Source: a virus (taxonomy: Duplodnaviria > Caudoviricetes). From it: a stretch of DNA of 56,588 nt. A program made the translations under genes and the position numbers. Shown here piece by piece: positions 47,615 through 56,314 of this stretch. How positions within the stretch are numbered: the first letter of the stretch is position 1; each line of letters opens with the position of its first letter. Where the stretch lies: the IMG/VR virus record IMGVR_UViG_3300043409_001689, positions 1-56,588 of that record; one strand, given 5' to 3'. Below the pieces are notes generated by a model. The model saw nothing but the letters and a program-made list of their open reading frames with translations, was not told where the DNA came from and searched no databases.

Positions 47615-48325
47615 TTATTTAGACATTAATTCTTGTATATACTTAGGATAAACCCCTCTTCTTATACAAGAAATTGAATTTTTTGAACAATTGTACATTG
47701 ACGCTAATTGTGAAATAGTAAACTTGTAACTACAAATAGTCTCTATGTCTGAAATTGACAACTTTTTGTTTTTTGTTGTAAACTTTTCATCATTAGGATT
47801 ATCTGTTTTAAGAACAGAAGCCCATTGCTTGCCATTTCTAATATAGAAATACGTTTGATATGCTCCACCGAACATTTTTGAAAACTCTTGGTCCGTATAG
47901 TTTTCAAGATTATTTTTTATCCAAATTATATCACTTACACTAAGAAAAGAACTTGCTCGTTGATATCCCTTTAAAATATTTTCTCTTCCTTTTTCTTTTT
48001 TGTCAAGCATATTGTCTTTATGCGTACCTAATGACAAATGATTTACATTTATACAGCTTGCGTTATCGCAAGAATGCATGACACATAAACCTTTTTCTAT
48101 CTTTCCGATAAACTCTTGATAAACCTTCCTATGTGCAAAATGATGCTGTAATTTATTGTTTTCGGAAGTTGAAAACATAATATACCCATCGCTTCTTGGC
48201 TTGTTTGATATTACTAAATGACAGTTTGAAATTGGGTCTATATTACAAATAACAGGTTTTTTTTTGTTTATTATGTAATAATAGGCTTTATCTTCTTTTT
48301 CTACGTAGCTACTTTTAGCTGACAT
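47615..48325 (-). CDS. HNH endonuclease
   Basis: AHR..Y, VMHSCDN..C.N..HL..GT..DN; C-terminal HTH-like repeats. Confidence 0.9.
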   Translation of the reverse strand: MSAKSSYVEKEDKAYYYIINKKKPVICNIDPISNCHLVISNKPRSDGYIMFSTSENNKLQHHFAHRKVYQEFIGKIEKGLCVMHSCDNASCINVNHLSLGTHKDNMLDKKEKGRENILKGYQRASSFLSVSDIIWIKNNLENYTDQEFSKMFGGAYQTYFYIRNGKQWASVLKTDNPNDEKFTTKNKKLSISDIETICSYKFTISQLASMYNCSKNSISCIRRGVYPKYIQELMSK

Positions 48326-48386
48326 TTTAAATTAGAATTTTCGTTAATAAATTAAGTTAATTAGTGTAGTTCATTTAGTATGTTTT

Positions 48387-49055
48387 TTATTTTTTAGTCA
48401 CGTTTTTGAATTTCACTACCCACACCCACGGGTTTAATTCCCAAGAGCCTTTTCCGTTAATGAGTTCAAAGAGAGTTTGGTATGAATTAATTGGGCTAAA
48501 GAACTTATATGTAGTGAATTTACAAGAATAGTCTCTGTAATCAGTTCCCTCGCGAAATGAGCCTTTCGGGGAAGTTGCAGATTCCACCCCTTCAGCTATC
48601 GCACCCTCCTCGGTAATATCTTGTAACCGCTCACAAGTAATGTTGACAATTTCAAGGTCAAACCTCGAAGCTGCACGGGGCATAAATAAAGACGGTTGCC
48701 ATTTCCAAGACTCATGCAAGTTCTCCCAAAGTCTTCCGTTTTCAGAAGCCTTATAGATATACCCGTATTCGTCGTCTTCGACGCTTAAAAAGTCAGTTAA
48801 TCTAAAAGTCTCACGCACCCACAACTGGTCTTCTACAAAACCATAAGGACATTTAATAGACTTATGCGGAAGACCTTTTGTGCTTTCAAAACGAGCATAA
48901 AGACCATCTTCGTGAACGTCTATCCAATTATAAACCCAGTCATTAGGGCTTTCATTTACTTTTTTAAGACCTCTATCTCTGCGGGTTTCTGTCTTTGTCT
49001 TTTTTAATAAGGCTTCCACCATTACGGTAGTCATTAATATACCTCTTGACTTCAT
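48387..49055 (-). CDS. ASCH/PUA-like phage protein
   Basis: KT.TRR, CPYG...LWVRETF, W.PS.FMPR.ASR, NPWVWV motifs. Confidence 0.78.
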   Translation of the reverse strand: MKSRGILMTTVMVEALLKKTKTETRRDRGLKKVNESPNDWVYNWIDVHEDGLYARFESTKGLPHKSIKCPYGFVEDQLWVRETFRLTDFLSVEDDEYGYIYKASENGRLWENLHESWKWQPSLFMPRAASRFDLEIVNITCERLQDITEEGAIAEGVESATSPKGSFREGTDYRDYSCKFTTYKFFSPINSYQTLFELINGKGSWELNPWVWVVKFKNVTKK

Positions 49056-49146
49056 GGCAAATATTTGTCTTTGTAGTCTTGGGAAGTATCTTTCTTTTCA
49101 AGAAAACCTCCCAAGACGATGATGATTAGAAAGGCTATTAGTAGTT

Positions 49147-49776
49147 TCATTTGCACATTCTTTTTTGACGCTCTTTTAGCATGGCTTCCGCATAATCGTA
49201 AGCTGTTTTTGCGTCTCCTTGAATAGGTTGATTATCGTTAATAACAAAAGGCAAGGCTACCCCAGCAAAGTAATCAAGAAGGGTCATACCCTCTTGGTGA
49301 GGACTTGCAAAAGCTAAAGGATTTTCGGAAATACTAAGAGGATTTACTGTTGAATTATTGGCTCTGCCATAAGAAGGAGGAACTCTTTGGATTCTTTCAA
49401 GAATACCGTTAAGGCGTATCGCCATGCCACCATCATTTCTTAATGACATATTGCAGCTTCCTTTAAAGTCATACCATATTGCTCCATTTGCTCTTTTGAC
49501 AGAACAAGTACATTCATGGGTAGGCATCTTAAATACAAGATGTGGAAGCGTTCCGTCTTCACCTACAAAATCACAGCACATAGAAACTTCAATGTCAAGG
49601 CTTTTAAGATATTTTTGAAATTCATTGAAAGAAAAGCCGAAGTCTTTTTCAAAAAGACTAAAAAGTTCATTTTTTGCTGCTAATTGCAAGGCTTTAAGTT
49701 CTTTTGCAACGGCTTTCAGATGCTTGGCTTCGGTGAGCGCATTAGTCTTTAGGATTCTTTCTATTTTCTTTGACAT
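49147..49776 (-). CDS. Hypothetical phage protein
   Basis: C-terminal GMTL.DYFA...AY..A.AML.ER domain. Confidence 0.75.
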   Translation of the reverse strand: MSKKIERILKTNALTEAKHLKAVAKELKALQLAAKNELFSLFEKDFGFSFNEFQKYLKSLDIEVSMCCDFVGEDGTLPHLVFKMPTHECTCSVKRANGAIWYDFKGSCNMSLRNDGGMAIRLNGILERIQRVPPSYGRANNSTVNPLSISENPLAFASPHQEGMTLLDYFAGVALPFVINDNQPIQGDAKTAYDYAEAMLKERQKRMCK

Positions 49777-49822
49777 AGTTAAAGGATTTTTGATTAATTT
49801 TCGTTAATTTTTAATAATAATA

Positions 49823-49853
49823 CAAATGTATATATTTAATTCGATACTTCAAA
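49823..49853 (-). promoter_or_regulatory. Bacteroidota primary-sigma promoter
   Basis: TACATTTG with -33 TTTG. Confidence 0.7.
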
Positions 49854-49859
49854 ATATAT

Positions 49860-50072
49860 TTATATTATTTTTTGTAAAAGATTAAAATTAATTAATCTTT
49901 CAATATCAATTAACGACATTTGAAAGACTACCCCTTGTTTTGTCTTAGCCTTGACAAATTCTAAGGTATAGCCTTCTACCTTGTTTTTTGCCGTTTGGGG
50001 GTTGAATTTATTAATTTCAACTATTGACCCGTCCGAAACAAATAAAAATCGCTTGCCTAATAAAACCGCCAT
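49860..50072 (-). CDS. Hypothetical protein
   Basis: 70-aa ORF. Confidence 0.55.
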   Translation of the reverse strand: MAVLLGKRFLFVSDGSIVEINKFNPQTAKNKVEGYTLEFVKAKTKQGVVFQMSLIDIERLINFNLLQKII

Positions 50073-50155
50073 TAATCGCTATTTTAAAGAAATAAAAAAC
50101 GCCATACTTTTTTGCATGGCGTTCCGAAAAAAAATTATAATCCCATGAACACTAA

Positions 50156-50791
50156 TTACATATTTGCTCTTGCTCTCTTTTCAAGAGCCTTATTGAGCTT
50201 ATCAAAGTCCACTTCTTTCCCTCCATTGACTGAAATAGTAGTAAAGCTATGATTTTTCTTAGGCTCTGAAAGTCCTAATGATTCGTCGGTGTAACTTCCT
50301 AAGTCTTCATCGCCTTCTTCAAAAGACATGGCAAGCTGAGACTTTGAAGGGGCTTTGAAAAGGCTTAACCAGCACCCTTCAACTTCTTTTTCCACTTCAA
50401 GAAATTTCATGTAGAAGCGGTTGCGATTCTCGTGCATCTCCAAGACTTTCTCTTGGGCTTCGGATTCGTCGCCAGTGCGCTCAACAGGAGTATTCTTGAA
50501 GTCAAAAGCGTCTTGATGTTTCATAACCATAAACTGATTATTTATGAAAATATTTACTTCAAATGAGCATTTCTTGAAGTTGTCTTTGTCAAGACTTACG
50601 GAGACTGACCGAAGACCTACGTTGAAGCTGGGGAACATATCATAAACCACTTCATTGAGTTCTTGGATTAGTCCGAATAGGTCATTGGGGATTTGCTTAG
50701 TCTTGCAAACTTGGGAGTTTTTATCAACGTCTTCGTTAGTCGTTTCAAACGTCCAAACGCCATTGGCGTTTTGTAGCTTTTTAAGAATCAT
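50156..50791 (-). CDS. Hypothetical protein
   Basis: 211-aa ORF preceded by the leader motif. Confidence 0.72.
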   Translation of the reverse strand: MILKKLQNANGVWTFETTNEDVDKNSQVCKTKQIPNDLFGLIQELNEVVYDMFPSFNVGLRSVSVSLDKDNFKKCSFEVNIFINNQFMVMKHQDAFDFKNTPVERTGDESEAQEKVLEMHENRNRFYMKFLEVEKEVEGCWLSLFKAPSKSQLAMSFEEGDEDLGSYTDESLGLSEPKKNHSFTTISVNGGKEVDFDKLNKALEKRARANM

Positions 50792-50852
50792 GAGGATAGA
50801 ATTTTCGTTAATTGAATACTTTTGTTAGATGCTGCAAATTTATATAAATATT

Positions 50853-51617
50853 TTATATTTTTCTAAAAGAATCTCCTTCAAATAAAATTATATTAAACAT
50901 TTCATTGAAGCGGTCTAATACCCTTTCGTCAAAATGAACTTTCAGTCCGTTATTGTCAAGGTTAGAACTTACAATAGTGATTTCTCCAAAGTTCACGAAC
51001 TTATTGTAGCGATTCCTAAAAATCACTTCCATTGGTCTTATCTCGTTTCCGTAAGACTTTACAAAAGGCTCTGAAAAACCTACATCATCAAAAGCCCTAT
51101 TCTTGGTATAGTACGGAGTCAAATTAAAGTCTTTGTTAAATTGTACTTCATCAAAAATTGTCGGGGCTTCATTAAAAAGAAAGTGCTTATTTAATTTCAA
51201 AGTTAAAGCTGTCTTTTGTAAGGCTTTCAAGATAGCCGTCTTACCAGTTCCTTTAGGTCCATAAAGGAATAATCCTTTCCTTAAAGATATAGGCTTTAAA
51301 TCAATCATACCCCAAGGGGTTTCCGCTTCGGAAGAATCTATAAGCCATTGAATTAGTTTTGGTAATACCTCTTTCAAGAAAGAAGTCATAACAACATCGG
51401 GCTTGGTCTTTTGAACTTCCGCTTTGTAGTAGTTCCAAAAGACTTCCCGAGCAGTTGCATAATCCACGGTTATAGCTTCCGCGGGATTTTTTAGACTTTC
51501 AATGTACTTTATCGAACTTTCGGAAGGCTGAAAGTCTGATTCAACTAATTTCCGTTTTCTTTCGTAAGGGTTATTCCCTTGTATTGAGCGTAGATGCTCT
51601 AATGAAACATTATCCAT
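50853..51617 (-). CDS. DnaC/IstB-like ATPase (helicase loader)
   Basis: GPKGTGKT, FDDVG, SSNL, R..DR..EMF; follows the initiator gene. Confidence 0.82.
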   Translation of the reverse strand: MDNVSLEHLRSIQGNNPYERKRKLVESDFQPSESSIKYIESLKNPAEAITVDYATAREVFWNYYKAEVQKTKPDVVMTSFLKEVLPKLIQWLIDSSEAETPWGMIDLKPISLRKGLFLYGPKGTGKTAILKALQKTALTLKLNKHFLFNEAPTIFDEVQFNKDFNLTPYYTKNRAFDDVGFSEPFVKSYGNEIRPMEVIFRNRYNKFVNFGEITIVSSNLDNNGLKVHFDERVLDRFNEMFNIILFEGDSFRKI

Positions 51618-51642
51618 GATGCTTAGAATTTTCGTTAATGAA

Positions 51643-52794
51643 TTAAGTGAATGATGTAAACGCCACAGTCTTAGCCGTGTAAACAGGCATAGCCGAAGGT
51701 CTTGAACCGTTAGTGTGCTTTTTTACTAAAATAATAATTGCGCTAAACTTTGAAAATAACATACTTGGAGCGAAGTTGTCTTTCATCCATTTGTCTTTCA
51801 AGGCACTCGCCATGAATGTAGAAAAAGTTTCTTTAACCTTTTCGTCTGAAACGGTTTCGTACTTAGTATAAAGTAAATTAGTCAACTCTTCCCGAACTTT
51901 CTTAATCGCAATTAATTCTTTCCCTTGCCACAAAAAGGCATCCCCATCGGAAAGAGTCTTGTAAGTATTTGAAAAGGCGTCAATGAAGTGCTGGTGCAAG
52001 TGCTTTGACCTATCCCCTACTTTTAGGGCTTTTATAGCTTCGTCCGTTTTGGCTTCTTTAGGCTCAATTACTTCAATAGGCTTAGTTTGACTTTCAAACG
52101 AAGGCGCGGGGCGCAATGGCGTGTCTTGCTCGCTTTCAGTTTGTAAGTCAACTAAGTCATTCAAAGGATTTTCTTTTTCATCGGGGGCTTCGACGATAGG
52201 CGAAGCAAGAGACTTATTGTTATTAGACTTAGGTAATTGGTATAAGACTCCTCGGTCAATATTGACCGTGTCAATCACGTTTGACACGGTCAAATTGTTC
52301 CAAGTAACTTGGTCATTCGTGTCCGTGTCATTTTCATCTAACTTGGTCATTCGTGTCCGTGTCCTGCAAGGTGATTGAATTGCTTGACGTTTAATCTTCA
52401 ATGCTTCTTTAGCTTCCTTAGAATCTTTATCAAATTCAATGAGTAAATCCGCTTTACTTGTAAAGCAATAATAAGACTTCTTGAGTGATTGAGAATTTGG
52501 GTGTTTTTCTACAAGTCCTTGCTTTATAAGTTCTTCAATTATTCTTCTTACTTTTTTTGACAGAGCTTCTGTTGTTATGTCTTCTGAAAAAAGAATAGGC
52601 AAGTTTTCAAGAATAAGGCTATGTGAAAACCAAAAATATAGCTTTTCGTTTTCCTTAAATGATTCTTTTTGAAAAGATGTGACTCCGATTTTGGTTTGCA
52701 TCATATTCATTACACACGCAGCTTCTAAGGAAACTTTAATTCCATGCGCTGAATAAGCAGCTTGGTTAATGTATATATTAGCTAAAATAGGCAT
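51643..52794 (-). CDS. Replication initiator (lambda O-like architecture)
   Basis: N-terminal wHTH-like region, internal repeats, upstream of the DnaC-like gene. Confidence 0.7.
   Translation of the reverse strand: MPILANIYINQAAYSAHGIKVSLEAACVMNMMQTKIGVTSFQKESFKENEKLYFWFSHSLILENLPILFSEDITTEALSKKVRRIIEELIKQGLVEKHPNSQSLKKSYYCFTSKADLLIEFDKDSKEAKEALKIKRQAIQSPCRTRTRMTKLDENDTDTNDQVTWNNLTVSNVIDTVNIDRGVLYQLPKSNNNKSLASPIVEAPDEKENPLNDLVDLQTESEQDTPLRPAPSFESQTKPIEVIEPKEAKTDEAIKALKVGDRSKHLHQHFIDAFSNTYKTLSDGDAFLWQGKELIAIKKVREELTNLLYTKYETVSDEKVKETFSTFMASALKDKWMKDNFAPSMLFSKFSAIIILVKKHTNGSRPSAMPVYTAKTVAFTSFT
52254..52363. repeat. Putative replication origin iterons
   Basis: 13-bp inverted repeat 52262-52293 and 25-bp direct repeat at 52305/52339 sharing CCGTGTC. 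Confidence 0.65.
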
Positions 52795-52800
52795 TGTTTA

Positions 52801-53436
52801 TTATTTAAAATTTTCGTTAAAATATTTTTTAGTATAATTTAAGTCTTCAATACTTAATTCAAACCACTCACCTCCTACTCTTTTATTGTCAAAAAAGGCG
52901 TGTAGTTCTTTTTCGTCTTTTAATGTTCCATTAAATTGACTAACTAATTGTATTGTTGGATTTGAAGTCAAATGGCTCTTTAATCGTGAATCCATATTAG
53001 TAGTAAAACCAATTTTATGTAAACCATTGGATTTAAGCAAGTAGATTACTCCGCTTGTATATTCAATAGGTTTTATTTTAACTTTCTCGTTTGTTTTAAG
53101 CGTTTTAATGTCATTAAATGAATAACAAGACTTTCCAATTTGTTGAGATTTTGGATAAAAGTTAATAAGACCTACTTTGTTCAACTCAATCATAAGCCTA
53201 CTTATTCTTTTTGCTATACTTTGTTTTGTTATGTCTTTTCTAAAAATAATTGGTATTTTTTTAAATAACATATTGTAATTGATGTGATAGTATGCAACTC
53301 CTTCATGGTCTATTTTTTCAGTAGAAGATAATTTAGATATTTTTAAAGCTGAATCATAGACTATTATAGCTTCAATAGGCAAACCTAAATTTTTGCTACT
53401 CCAAAAGTCTTGGTCAATAGTTACTTTTTTTGACAT
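52801..53436 (-). CDS. Initiator-like N-domain fused to a T5orf172/GIY-YIG-like domain
   Basis: Start reassigned to 53436 after the leader motif; IYL...KIGFT....RL...E..LH..F...R..GEWF. Confidence 0.78.
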   Translation of the reverse strand: MSKKVTIDQDFWSSKNLGLPIEAIIVYDSALKISKLSSTEKIDHEGVAYYHINYNMLFKKIPIIFRKDITKQSIAKRISRLMIELNKVGLINFYPKSQQIGKSCYSFNDIKTLKTNEKVKIKPIEYTSGVIYLLKSNGLHKIGFTTNMDSRLKSHLTSNPTIQLVSQFNGTLKDEKELHAFFDNKRVGGEWFELSIEDLNYTKKYFNENFK

Positions 53437-53510
53437 AGGATTGATTTTAAAATTTTCGTTAAATAAATAATTTGTAAAGATATGTGAGTTTTCCATGTGT
53501 TTGCATAGGT

Positions 53511-53758
53511 GCATAAAAAAACCCTCGAAAAAAGAGAGGGTGGAAAGCACGAATAAGGAAAGCTAATAAAAAGACCTTATGCGTACAAACTCTCTTTTTT
53601 CAAGGGTACTCCTTGTAAAGAAATTGAAATAAAACAAGGACGCTTGAACACTTCCAAATGTCTTTGTTTATTAGCTAATTAAAAAGGCTTAATTACTATT
53701 GTTCCACCATCAATAATTAAGTGACACAAAGATAAATCAAGCCTTTTTAAAAACCAAA
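53511..53758 (-). promoter_or_regulatory. Promoter plus structured attenuator-like leader
   Basis: TATCTTTG (53727-53734) with TTTG (53755-53758); interleaved complementary segments; terminator at 53515-53541. Confidence 0.6.
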
Positions 53759-53760
53759 TT

Positions 53761-54000
53761 TTATTTACCTAAAAGGTAAAATAATGCAACTATCACCAAA
53801 AGATTGCTTATTGATAGGGCAATAATGGCGAAATTAGCCATCTTCTTGACCTTCTCCAATTCCTTGTCAGCTTCCTTTAAGCAATCTGAAAGATGCCTTT
53901 GCCAAGCTATTAAAGATTCTGCTTTCTGTGACATATGAGACATAGGAAGTCTTGGAGGAGGTGGCGGGATATTCTTAGGTTTAATTTCTGATAGTCTCAT
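53761..54000 (-). CDS. Small C-terminally anchored membrane protein
   Basis: Poly-Pro stretch, coiled coil, C-terminal TM. Confidence 0.65.
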   Translation of the reverse strand: MRLSEIKPKNIPPPPPRLPMSHMSQKAESLIAWQRHLSDCLKEADKELEKVKKMANFAIIALSISNLLVIVALFYLLGK

Positions 54001-54290
54001 TAGTTATCCGTTGAATGATTGATAAATTTATCAATAATCGCTACATGGGTAGCACTTCTCTTGTCACTTTCCAAAGTCTTTTCTAAGAACACCCGAAGCC
54101 TACGGACATTAGTAACGCGTATAGAAAAATTTTGAGACACTTCAATCGTTGGATTAGCTGCTTCTAAAGCCTTTTCAATAGTCTTTTGAGGGTAGAGCCT
54201 TTTAAGGCTTTCCTTTAAAGCAGCTTCAATGAAGACTTGAATAGACCGTGGAAATTCTAAGAATTTTGCCTTATGCTTTAAATCTGTCAT
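54000..54290 (-). CDS. Hypothetical protein
   Basis: Translationally coupled ORF. Confidence 0.65.
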   Translation of the reverse strand: MTDLKHKAKFLEFPRSIQVFIEAALKESLKRLYPQKTIEKALEAANPTIEVSQNFSIRVTNVRRLRVFLEKTLESDKRSATHVAIIDKFINHSTDN

Positions 54291-54291
54291 G

Positions 54292-54774
54292 TTATTTAAA
54301 CAGGCTAAGCCCGTACTTTAAAAGGTGAACAAATACATCTTCCTTCGAAAAGATAGATGTTGAAGGCTTGTCGGTCTTAGACCGTTGTATATACCCCTGC
54401 GCCCTTGCAAGTGCTTTTAGTTCTTGCTGAAACTTCAAGAAAATATCTGAAACCCAAACTTTTTCCGCTTTGATGTGCGTTTTTTGAACGCTGTGCAAGA
54501 GAATCGGGGTAGCCTTGATAAAGCTATTCAAAACTTCCGTGCGTTCAACCTCGGTAAGGCTATTAATATGCTCAACGGCTATCTTGACGAGTTCATAAGT
54601 AGCACTCCGAAGGGTTACGCCTTGCGCTCCGTCTTTGCGGGAAACGCGTGCAAACTGACTACCAAACTTCATTGTAATCTCTCCTTTTATTTCTTCTGCT
54701 ACCATCGGAAAGATGTTGGCAGTTTCCTCTTTTGATAGTTCATATCTTTTAAGAGTTGGTTTTGCTAATTTCAT
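54292..54774 (-). CDS. Hypothetical protein
   Basis: Coupled 160-aa ORF. Confidence 0.68.
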   Translation of the reverse strand: MKLAKPTLKRYELSKEETANIFPMVAEEIKGEITMKFGSQFARVSRKDGAQGVTLRSATYELVKIAVEHINSLTEVERTEVLNSFIKATPILLHSVQKTHIKAEKVWVSDIFLKFQQELKALARAQGYIQRSKTDKPSTSIFSKEDVFVHLLKYGLSLFK

Positions 54775-54782
54775 AATTGATT

Positions 54783-56258
54783 TTAGTTAATATTATATTT
54801 TCTAATAATTTCGGAAAAGGTCTTGATTACAAACCCCTGCCCGTACCCTACTGTTTGAGCCATTTTCCCAAGCATGGCATCGCTTGGGAAAGCTACCCTA
54901 TTTTTGTTACAAAATTTTGCTATTTCATAGAAGCACCAAAAAGGCTTTCTCCCCATCAGTTGACATACATTCCAAAGGGTTTCAAACTCTTCAAAGAGTT
55001 CACTTTGGAAGTATTCAGATTCATCAAGTTCTTTTAAGATAACGCCTCTGAAATTTGGGGGCAGCTTTTCAAGGCTGCTTATCATTTCAAGTCCACTATC
55101 AAACTTGATTTTAAACTGCTTTTCAATAGGGTACTTTTTGGCTTTCTTTTCTTTCTTAGACTTGCCAACAAAGTGTTCTTTCCAGTCATGGAATTTATTT
55201 GGTAGACCATGCTCAAAAACATTATTGGCGTGGTCAAGGAGACAGTAAAAGTCTTTTCCTTTAGCAGGTCTTGACCCCCTCCCTACCATTTGTAGGAACA
55301 AAGAAAGGCTTTTAGTAGGACGTGCGAGAATTATTGTCTCCAATCCCTTAATATCGTTACCCTCAGTAGCTATACCTACGTTGCAAAGGACTTGGAACTT
55401 TTTAGCTTCAAAGTCCTTGAAGATTTCTTTTCGATGCTTTGAATCAGCGTCTATATGAACCGCTTTAATACCCCTAAACTTAAACGCTTCCACAATCTTT
55501 TCAGAATGTTCTACCGAAGCAGCGTAAAGCAAGGCTTGTGTACCATTGCACCTTTCAATGTACGAATCAACAATAGACAAGATTCTTTTGTCTTCTATCA
55601 TCAATTCATTTACTTGCTTTTCATTGTAGTCTCCCTTAGAAACTTGAAGCCGTGATATAGTGCCAAAGTCAATCGGATTTACAAAAATTTTTGCTGGCAC
55701 CAAGTGACCCTCAGCTTCTAAGTCTTGCACAGAAGGACCTACTACAATATCTTCAAACAAGTCTGTAAATCCCGCCCCCGAAAGTCTACAAGGAGTAGCC
55801 GTAAAGCCTATTACCTTCGCATTAGGAAAAGCCTTAATGATTTTACTTTGGCTTTCCGAGAGCGTATGGTGGGCTTCGTCAGCTATAATAATATCGGGTA
55901 CGAAGCCGCATTTAGGATTAAATGAAAGCACACTTGCCACTTGGTGAGGAAGCGATAAGTCAGCCCGAAAGCCGCTTTGGATTCTTCCCGTAACTATTCC
56001 AAATTGCTCTAAGAAGCGTTCTTGGGGTTGCGTTACTAATTCTTCCCTATGAGCCATTGTAAGGGTCTTCTTTCCCATATTATTTGCCCTTCTTACAATG
56101 TCTCCAAAACATACCGTCTTCCCAGCACCTGTTGGCAATTGAGCCATCACCCTATTGTTAACCTTTAGACTATCAAAAAGTCTTACTTGAAACTCTTTTT
56201 GATAGTCTCGAAGTTCCGTTTTGGGATTGTTTGATAAGAAAGAAAGTTGAGCAGTCAT
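54783..56258 (-). CDS. Superfamily 2 DEAH helicase
   Basis: LRDYQ, PTGAGKT, DEAHH, TATP, QMVGRG.R motifs. Confidence 0.93.
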   Translation of the reverse strand: MTAQLSFLSNNPKTELRDYQKEFQVRLFDSLKVNNRVMAQLPTGAGKTVCFGDIVRRANNMGKKTLTMAHREELVTQPQERFLEQFGIVTGRIQSGFRADLSLPHQVASVLSFNPKCGFVPDIIIADEAHHTLSESQSKIIKAFPNAKVIGFTATPCRLSGAGFTDLFEDIVVGPSVQDLEAEGHLVPAKIFVNPIDFGTISRLQVSKGDYNEKQVNELMIEDKRILSIVDSYIERCNGTQALLYAASVEHSEKIVEAFKFRGIKAVHIDADSKHRKEIFKDFEAKKFQVLCNVGIATEGNDIKGLETIILARPTKSLSLFLQMVGRGSRPAKGKDFYCLLDHANNVFEHGLPNKFHDWKEHFVGKSKKEKKAKKYPIEKQFKIKFDSGLEMISSLEKLPPNFRGVILKELDESEYFQSELFEEFETLWNVCQLMGRKPFWCFYEIAKFCNKNRVAFPSDAMLGKMAQTVGYGQGFVIKTFSEIIRKYNIN

Positions 56259-56282
56259 TTTATGCTTTTATTAAAAGATATA

Positions 56283-56314
56283 CAAAAGTATATCTTTTAA
56301 TTGGTAATTCCAAA
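56283..56314 (-). promoter_or_regulatory. Bacteroidota primary-sigma promoter
   Basis: TACTTTTG with -33 TTTG, 20-nt spacer. Confidence 0.7.

Noticed and set aside
1651-53462. Repeated motif as a CRISPR array
   Set aside because: Copies are dispersed, ~12-14 nt long, with no regular spacers and no cas genes.
53510-53527. GG-N10-GC match as a third sigma-54 promoter
   Set aside because: Lacks TGGCA and is better explained as the terminator stem plus U-tract.
3710-55925. Many short opposite-strand or nested ORFs in the track
   Set aside because: Shadow ORFs of well-supported genes, with no motifs or leaders.
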